DNA of 62,334 nt, filler included, from Sluysia triapertura (lineage: Eukaryota), in NCBI GenBank assembly GCA_046118255.1. It is 5 parts of 5 records of this genome, joined end to end, with 100 filler letters (N's around TTAATTAATTAA, not from the genome) between each part and the next. Parts side by side here need not be neighbours in the genome. Positions count along the whole stretch, not along the records: positions 49,440 to 62,334 come from JBJNIA010073832.1; 4 more parts are not named here. One strand, 5' to 3'. The stretch's first letter is position 1, and every line of letters starts with the position of its first letter. The notes under the pieces are model-generated. The model saw only the letters and a program-made list of their open reading frames with translations. It ran no database searches and had not been told where the DNA came from. Shown piece after piece: positions 53,653 through 62,334 of the stretch. Made by a program: the position numbers and the translations under genes.

Positions 53653-54641
53653 CTAAATTATTCAATTATGAATTTTAAAGTAATTCATACAGAATTTGTT
53701 TAAACGAATTAATTTGATTAATTATTTAATTAATATTTCAAATTATGTTATTATTGGTATTATTTAACTGTTTAATTTTTATGTGCTTGTTTTGTTATTA
53801 ATAATTCACATTTCATTCGTATGTGCATACATTTTTGTCAGATAATTAATTTTAAACAAAATATTGTGATTATAAGCATTATTGGGGTGCTCATGCAAAT
53901 ATTCATTTGGTAACTTAAATTTATTATCTTAAAGTATTATACCTTAATGATGTTAAAGTTGTGTCAATTGAAATATTTTCATTAATTGAAGGATTTAAGT
54001 AAATAAATTCAAGAAAATTTGTATTTCAAATTTATACTTTTAAATCGTGTTGTTTATTTTCGTGACAATAAAAATAAATTAATTAAATTAAAAAATTAAA
54101 ATTAAATTGTTAAAATTAATTATTTTGTAAATACAATACAAGTATAAATAGCGAAAATTCACAACTCATAATTATGACAATAAGAAAAAGTCAAAAATAG
54201 ATTTTAAAATTTACGATATTTTACTTTAAAGTCATTTGGTTAATCATTTAATAGTTACATGCCAGATATTTTTGCTATATAAAATATCGTAAATTTTATT
54301 TAGTAAGTTGTAATCTTAATTTGTTTTGCGCTAGATTAATTCTAGCTATAAAATTATTATAAAAATTTAAAGTTTACCATTAGGAATTGAGATCTAATGA
54401 CGTAAATTATTGTAATTATTCTAAATATGAAAATTTCAACATTTTATAATTAAGTATTAATTAATATTTGACTTTGCTCAATATTAAGGTTTTTCTTGTA
54501 TGAACTTGGTCAAACTATATCTTCATCTAAAGATATTTTTAAAACAAACACATTGACATAAGATTCCGCAATCAATTGTTATTCATACAATTGTACATTT
54601 TTCATTAAGTTAATATATTTTTAGATTTAATCTTATTTTAT

Positions 54642-55150
54642 GCTTAAAGGTTTTATTAAAGTTCTAAAGTTATTTAATACTTTATAAAGCACTGAGGGAG
54701 TTCCAAATGTTTTACCTTCATCATTCTGGTTCCCTTTTACATTTCTTTATGTTAAGTATTAATGTATCAAATTTATTTTTAATATTATTAAGAATGATTT
54801 TGTTAGACTTCATAAAATTGATTGACCGAGGATTGAACCCGGGACCTCACGGTGCGCAGTTCGATGCTCTACGTACTGAGCTATCAGCCCCGTCTAACAA
54901 TGTTAGATTATCATATTCAATTATACTAAATGGCACCGTAGGCCTTTGTCCCAACAATTTTATTTCTTAAATATTTTAAAGATTTCTAATAATTTATGTT
55001 ATTCAAAGATCTTAAATGCTTATTAAGGTCCCAAATATTTTTAAGTTTAATGGGGTCTCAAATTGTCTCAAGATTCAAAAGTTCAAATGTATCTTAATGC
55101 TTTGAAACGTTTTCCAAGCCCATATTAAGCCCTCTCAAGGGTCTTTGGAA
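54642..55150. repeat. Interspersed repeat family B, copy 2 (interrupted by the tRNA-bearing element)
   Basis: Colinear with 8113-8470 once 54801-54960 is removed. Confidence 0.8.
54801..54956 (-). mobile_element. tRNA-containing solo-LTR-like element, copy 3 (156 bp, TSD ATTT)
   Basis: ATTT|TGTTAGAC...GTCCCAACA|ATTT, nested in repeat family B. Confidence 0.92.
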
Positions 55151-57936
55151 TTCAAAGCACTTTTCGTGCTCTGCCAATCATTTTGTATTAATTTTTCGTG
55201 CATCTCATATTTTACATCTGGGCAGTCCCAACACAAATATAAAATTTATTTCCAATAATAACTCTCGATACACACTTTTATGATCATTATAATGAAGTAA
55301 ATATTTAAAACTAATAATTTTATGTTATTCTTTGTCGATGTGTTTCATATTATTTCGGTGTTCATAGCGCTAATAATTTTCTCATGTACAAAGTATCGAA
55401 TAAAAATGATTTTCAAATAATTTTAATCAAATTAATTAATTATATATTTTAAATAGAAAATGCTTATCCCTCATCTTACAAACTACGACACCCTTGCATA
55501 GACCTACTTTTACGATCAACGCGCACTTTAGATTTAGTAACATCGTAAACATCCAAAGTTAAATAACAAATTTGTAAATAATTATACATTTAAAAATGAC
55601 ATTTCCAAACACATTATTGTTCTAATATGCCATTTAATATTGACCCCATTAAGCAAATGCTTCTAATCTACGGCAAAATACTTTAGATCATGGTTCTTGG
55701 TGCAGTAACCGGCTTTTGACGTAGAGTGGGTGTTTCCGTAACTAAAATTGACAATAATTACTCTAGAATCATTTTAATCTTTCAAAATTTTCTACTTTGT
55801 TAGGTTCAGAATCCTTTAAACTTTTTATTTGACGTGTACGTTAAAGCTATACGCCATACTAATCCTCAAATAACCAATCAAAATACAAAGTGTAATACCA
55901 AATTTATCAAAATTTCAAGATATAAACTTTAATAAATCGAAAAATAACAAAACAGAAATAATAAAATAAGGATTTTATAATTAAAACATTATTAGGGCCT
56001 TAATTTTTGTGATAAATAAACACTTAAAAAATGAGTTTATCCCTCAGTAAATCGGGGATCAAATTCAATTAATAAAATGATTTTCTGTATTTTAAAAATT
56101 TAGAGTTAAAATTACATTAAAAGAAACAACTTATCGATAAGATGGAAAATAAAAATTGAAGTTGGATTGAATTAATCCGAACAATCGATTATGAAATATT
56201 ACTCATTGCATCCAACGAAAAATTGATGAATTACGTCACTATATTGAGAATGCATAATTATTGTTTGAATAATTTTTTGAGTGTTTTATGATTCAACTAG
56301 CAGTAAATCAAAAACGAAAATTCTTTTTAGAAAATAAGTTTATATCATATTTGTAATGTAATACATAAATATTACAATATGAACGACAAAACATAATCCA
56401 AATAATTATAAAACAACTAGATATCAATATTTAATATTATTAAACATATGTAAAATGTTTCTACCCTTTATTAAGTGACATTTTATTTGTGAAGTTTAAA
56501 GTTGTTGCAGTTGTGCCACCAATAAAAATAATATGTATGATCGTATTAATATTAAATTTCCGTCCGAATCATTTTAAATATTTTTTTCTGAAAATTCAGT
56601 ACAACGTAACATTCCTCAATACATATTTTATACAACTGTTCGAGCACACTATTTTTTTCGAAGTACCATTTCTAAGACATTCGGTTAAACATTTATTTAT
56701 GATTTTGTTTTTTCCAATGATAAATTTCGACATTTTATACTAATTAATTCAAGATAAAAATATCAATTACAGTTCTGGTAATTTAATACATCAGCACCGA
56801 CTTAAAAATATCTAAATTGGACTGAATATTAACAACATTTTGAAGCTTTTATCAAAACATTAATGATAGTTAATTTATACATTTAGCCTTTTTATTGATT
56901 CAATAAAATCATACATAAAATGAGCATGTCCTTGCCAAACCAATTCTATATTGAATTATAAAATACATTATGCTACTTTATATGAATAAAATTGAAAATT
57001 AGCAAAATTAATTCTGACGAACTAATAAAATAAAAATAGTATCATCAATAATTAATTATGTCAATACTAAATAATTATTTTTTGTTAAATAAAATTGCAG
57101 AATACGTAAAAATGGCTTTCTAAATATAGAAAGTAAAATCATCGTAATTATATTTAATAATTTCAAAAAAAAATTAAAAAAAAACTCATTATTATAAAAC
57201 TAAAATAATCTATAAAAATCTGAATTCAATTAATATTTGAAGAGAAATAATTAAGAAAAAATAATTATTATTAAATTTAAATAAAAAATATTAAAATATC
57301 ATAGTGATTTTGATTCAAACTTACGAAAAATAAAAGTATCAATTTTGTTTTGTAATGAAAATAAAATTTTTATTAATATTAAAAACTTACCTGTTCATAT
57401 TTTGATATCAAATAATTCATATAACTTTTAATACATAAAGATATGATTTATTGTAGTTGCTCATATTATTGAAATGAAATATTTACTTTATGTTATTAAA
57501 TTTTGATTGACATTTAAGTTAATGATAAATAAATATTTCGATTTTAATTATTTTCAAAGTTTTTGCTTAATAATTTTTAATAACTTTAATAGCTTTAAAT
57601 AATACGTGATTAAATTTGAATTTTGTTTTCAATGGAAAATAAATAATACTATATATTTGTTATTTATTAAAATTATTGTCTGATCAATAATAATTATTAA
57701 TTAATATAAATCATAAAATCAAATACTTTATTTCTAACTGAGATATTTGTTAATTTACTCAATTATTTATTTATCTAATTTTAATATTAGTAAAACTGTA
57801 TGCTAAATGAATGAAAATTAAATGCTACAGAAAGAACTTGGAATATAATGTAGCAATTAAATTTATCAGATAAAAATGTAAAAGAAAGATTAAATGAATC
57901 AAGATGTAAATGTAAAACACACAATTACTAATTTAA

Positions 57937-58107
57937 CCATTTAACTGCGACTATCGTCAATAGAAACTCATAATTTTATTACTATTTGGCCTAATTATAA
58001 AGAATTATTTCCATTTTATATCTAAAATAAGTATTGAGAAAATTTCAAATTTGAAGAAGGTAGACACTGCATTTTATTTTAGAGGCAAAACTGTGGGATA
58101 GAAATAT
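57937..58107 (+). mobile_element. Repeat family D, copy 2 (piggyBac-like left end)
   Basis: Starts TTAA|CCATTTAACTGC and matches 16951-17227 with internal deletions. Confidence 0.65.
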
Positions 58108-58437
58108 TAGTGTTCTAAAACAAAATAAATAATTTTTATTTTTGCACTTTTTGCGTACGAGTGGTGTGGTGTTCCAGTTATTCATAAATTCACATCAAAT
58201 TCACCTACAAATATTTCATAAACATCAAAACCTCACTACATTTTTATACAGACTTTAAGATCCAAAATAGAATTATAAATATAGATAAACTATAACAATA
58301 GATCCTCCCCAAAAATTTATTTTGGCAAAAATAATAAAATTAAAATAACAAAAACAAAAAAATAAATAGGGATTCTCCCCAAAAAATTATTTTAATAAAA
58401 ATAGTAAAATTAAAATAATAATAAACAAAAATAAACT

Positions 58438-58993
58438 CACCAAAACATGGATCTTGATACTGTGGTTCTGTGATTTTAAAGTTTTTCATTTTATAGTTTC
58501 TCATTCAATTAGTCCTGAGTTTCACATTCAAACACTTTCTCACACAAATCATCAAAATCTCTTTGAAAATTAGACCGACAATAACAACTTTGACAATTAT
58601 ATGGTACGGTTTGTCAAACTTCATTAGGTACAAAACACAAAAAATTGATTTATTATCAACCATCATTTTCTTTTATTCTACTCAATCTATTTTTATTTAA
58701 ATTACTTCCCACATAAAAGTAATGAATTTAATTTCACTTTTTAGAATTCAATTCATTTTCGATTTTTGATTCCCAATTTTCTAATGAAAAATGTTTAAGG
58801 TTCTTACTCTCAAACAAGCCATTCTACCAACATTTCAAACTCACTTCTAGATTCTGCTCTCTCATAGCAATCATTTCATATTCAATTCATTATAATGGCA
58901 TGATTCTAAGCACAAAAATTTCAACGTTTCATAATTAAAATTTGACTTTGCTTAATATTTAGCCTTTCTTTGCATAAACTCGGTCAAACCATA
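58438..58993. repeat. Interspersed repeat family A, copy 2
   Basis: Colinear with 7395-7980. Confidence 0.8.
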
Positions 58994-60332
58994 CTGTAGT
59001 AAACTCCACACAATCACGACACAATCACATACACAAGCCATCACAAATTAACATTTCATACACAAAAAAACTAAACACTTTATCTGGTTTATACAAAACA
59101 CAGAAACAATCAAAAAGTACAGTTATCATGAGTTACGGTTATTGTTTCCATTGTAATAATAATTCTTATAATAATTTCATAGTATCGCAATACTACCAAT
59201 ATTATCATATTAAAATACATAATAATCCTAACATAAATTTAATTCTATTATTATTATAATTTCGTTACCTCAGAAGTATTTTCCTTTTTGTATCATCTTC
59301 TTGTTTGCATGAGTGTATACATATGTATGCATTTATGTATGTATGTTCTAACTTTAAAATCATTATCATTATGTCCTTCTCTTTCAATTTTCTGGTGTCG
59401 AAAATAATAGAATTTATGACACATCTTAATTATTTAGAACGATAACCCAATCTACCAGTACTACTATAACTATTATAACTACTACTACTCTTACCACCAC
59501 TGATGCCGCTGGTGTCTCCATGGTCCTCTCTGTAGCACATGAAATTAAAATGTAATGAATATATAAAAATTAATAATTATTAATGCTAATAAAAAAATCG
59601 ATATGTTAAATTTTGGATGAAAATATAATGCTTAAATATTTGGTAAAATTATAATTTTATGTTGATCTGAATATGAAGTTAAAATTAAGAAGTACATGTG
59701 TCTTAATTTATATAATTATGACTAATACATCAGTATTCAACTTGAATTCAACTATATGCTGGAATGGAATGGTTATTAAAGGTTATCAGACATTTGTTTA
59801 AAATGCTAAAACCATGTTTTACTTTATGAGTTGTACTATAGAACAAAACGAAAGTGGTAAACATTTAGTACTACACATGATCCTTAAAAAAGAGAACTTT
59901 ATAATCTTTTACCAATCCTTTTACAAGCGTAACATTTATCGTACATGAAGGAAAACCCACTGATTAAAATGTGCATATAGACACATGATTTTTATTGAAG
60001 TTACTCTAAATTGTAGTGAAAAATTCTGCAATTTTTGTTTTACTCGTGAACCACGCTGCGATGAATATCCATCTGTGTTGAGGAGGTGTATAATGAAAGC
60101 TATTTCCATCCATGTCTAAGTGCTAAAGGTGTTAATAGTGATAAACAGACTATTTATTCTAATCCTAAAGCAAAAGAATTTAATTGGTTAATTTTTATTA
60201 TAACTGGTTACATTATTGTTCTTCTTAGCCTATTAATTTTTTTAGTTATGTTTCATCTATTATTAGTTAAGCATTTTCTTGTTAATATACAATAATAAAA
60301 TATAAAATATATTTTTACTTTTAATCTTATTT

Positions 60333-60672
60333 TATGTTTAAAGGCTTTATTGAGGTTCTAACGTTTTTTAGTAGTTTATAAGGTTCTAGATGTTTTAACC
60401 TTTACTTTTCTGATTTCTTTTCTACTTCTTCATGTTAATTATTACTATACTAGATTTATTCTTAATACCAATAACAATGTTTTTATTTCTCAAATATTTT
60501 AAAGATTTTAAACACTTCATAAGATTACTCGAAAATCTTAAATGCCTCTATGTTTCAAGAATGCTTAAATGTTAATGAAGTTTCAAAGTTCACAAGTTCG
60601 AAGATATCATAATGTCTTTAAAGGTTTTCCAAGTCCATCTCAAACCTTTATACAGGTCTTTGGAACTCCAAG
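60333..60672. repeat. Interspersed repeat family B, copy 3 (no insert)
   Basis: Colinear with 8113-8470 and 54642-55150. Confidence 0.75.
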
Positions 60673-61229
60673 GTATTCTTTAACTGTTAACATTATTATA
60701 GATATTTTAATTTTTATGATTCTTATTTCAACAATGTTTATAATGTTCAATCTATCACTTTGTATCAGTTCTTCCTTCATTTCATAGTTCTATATGTTTA
60801 TTGCTAATTTCCTGATTTCCAGTTGGGCAATCCAAAAAATATGACTAATAGAATATTTCAAGACATGGAATCTTTTAAAATATTATCGCAGAATAATAGT
60901 GATAAAGTGGATTTAGAAGATTCTGAAAACCTTATTTTAATGCCAGAAGCAGATCGCTACAACGTCATAACGCATCGAATAAATGGTTATCATGAATCAT
61001 TTGAGATTAGAATGCATCTGGACAAGTTGAACTTCATACAGGCAAAAGAACTAAGCAATATTTCGCTATTAAAACCCAAAACGGCTCAGTGTGATGCAGT
61101 GAAGGTATATCAAGTCAATACAGATTTTATCACTATTTGAATTTAGGTGAATGAAAAGTGCAAGGACGTCAGCGCAGAATTAGTCAGACGAGAAGAGATG
61201 ATTTGGAAGTTCTAGGTTATATTTTTTAT

Positions 61230-61603
61230 TTTTTTAGAACAGAGTCTCGTCGGAAAGAAAGAGTATAGTATTATATGTTAAACTAAAACAATTTAAAGCC
61301 AAATATCTTTGTTTCTTTTTTGGTATCTTTTTTAGTTTCCAATAGGTGATGAAATTTTATTTTAAATTTAACTTTGAGTTTTCTGTTGATATTTGTTTTA
61401 AAGTTAAATTTCATTTTACGAATAATAGAACGGGACTTAAGCCGATCATTAATTAAATGAATTTTTGGAATTTTAAATAGAAGTAGAATGGGCCTTAAGC
61501 CCATGTCTTGTAACTTTAATTTTGAGAATACCATTTTTAAAAATTGATACGACGCATACTTAAAAACGCTGTTAGATCCATTTTTATTTAAATTATTTTT
61601 CAA
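61230..61603 (-). mobile_element. Penelope-like element RT remnant
   Basis: LFKIPKIHLINDRLKSRSII resembles the Penelope motif FYGLPKIHK...PLRPIV. Confidence 0.5.
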
Positions 61604-62334
61604 ATAAAAGTAACATTTAACATAGATGTGGTATCTATTAAATTATGTGGTCAAACTTATTACTCAAAAAATAATTAACAATATTCCCAGTTTAAATCAT
61701 TTAATTTCACAGTCGCTATTACATTTTATAGTTTAAATTATACAAAATGAAGCAACTTTATTCAGTTAAACATTTTAAAACCTTAAACCACCTAACAGTA
61801 ACATTACAATTAACAAATCCGTCTTACAAATCAACTACAAACTCAAACAATCCATATTTATACAATACACAGAACTCATTTAATCCATTGCAGTGTCTTA
61901 CATGTCTAAAATACCAAAAAACAACAAACTCATCTTAGAGGTCACCAAAAACTCAAATATATTGTATATACATAATATTAAATATCACAGCATAATTCAG
62001 TAAATTTACTTCGTATCACACCTTTAGAAATAACTAAATACTCTTTTATATTCCGGACATATCACACTTTAATACGGTCGGGATTTTTCTTAACTTACCA
62101 TGATCAATAAATGCGCTTTATGTTATGAATTCGCCTACGATCCTAGTCTTACAAGAAAAGGCTAGTCCGTAGGATTTTAAAAGAGTCTAACTATGAGAAT
62201 TTTAAGTTAAAGAAGTGATAGAATAAAAATTAAAACTGTGATATCGTGAGTTCACCAACGTAATGGACTTACCAGCGAAGGCCAGCCGTTGGATTTTACG
62301 TAAATAAAAAGGTATCTAAATTTTAACGATTCTC

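Noticed and set aside
60823-61140. 105-aa ORF after a pyrimidine-rich cag
   Set aside because: It may be an exon, but I recognise no family and cannot link it to other exons, so it is not reported as a gene.

Overview
Eukaryotic window made of five unplaced contigs (1-11246, 11347-23507, 23608-36381, 36482-49339, 49440-62334) joined by artificial 100-bp spacers (44 N + TTAATTAATTAA + 44 N). Two genomes appear to be mixed. (i) Teleost-like DNA: bases 1 to ~820 carry a truncated fish-type olfactory receptor, and contig 3 carries an intact six-coding-exon gene for a zinc-ribbon / 12-aa-repeat / Cys-inserted chromo-like protein, plus hAT MITEs and a CpG promoter. (ii) A much more AT-rich animal-like genome (rest of contig 1 and contigs 2, 4, 5, tied together by shared repeat families). 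It has 32-38 nt introns, an INO80C/IES6 gene, a C19orf81-like gene, decayed intronless fragments of TUBGCP2, SET/NAP and probably UTP20, and relics of RLE-type non-LTR, Gypsy, Tc1, Penelope-like and piggyBac-like elements. The best-supported unusual element is a ~143-158 bp insertion present in three copies, with TGTT...AACA ends, a different 4-bp TSD at each copy and an embedded tRNA-Ala-like Pol III cassette (a Helenus/Cassandra-like solo LTR, or a Ginger-type MITE). A second, more inferential pattern is that host-gene fragments repeatedly sit next to the same repeat, suggesting gene capture. All protein family calls come from motif recall and manual translation; no database search was run.
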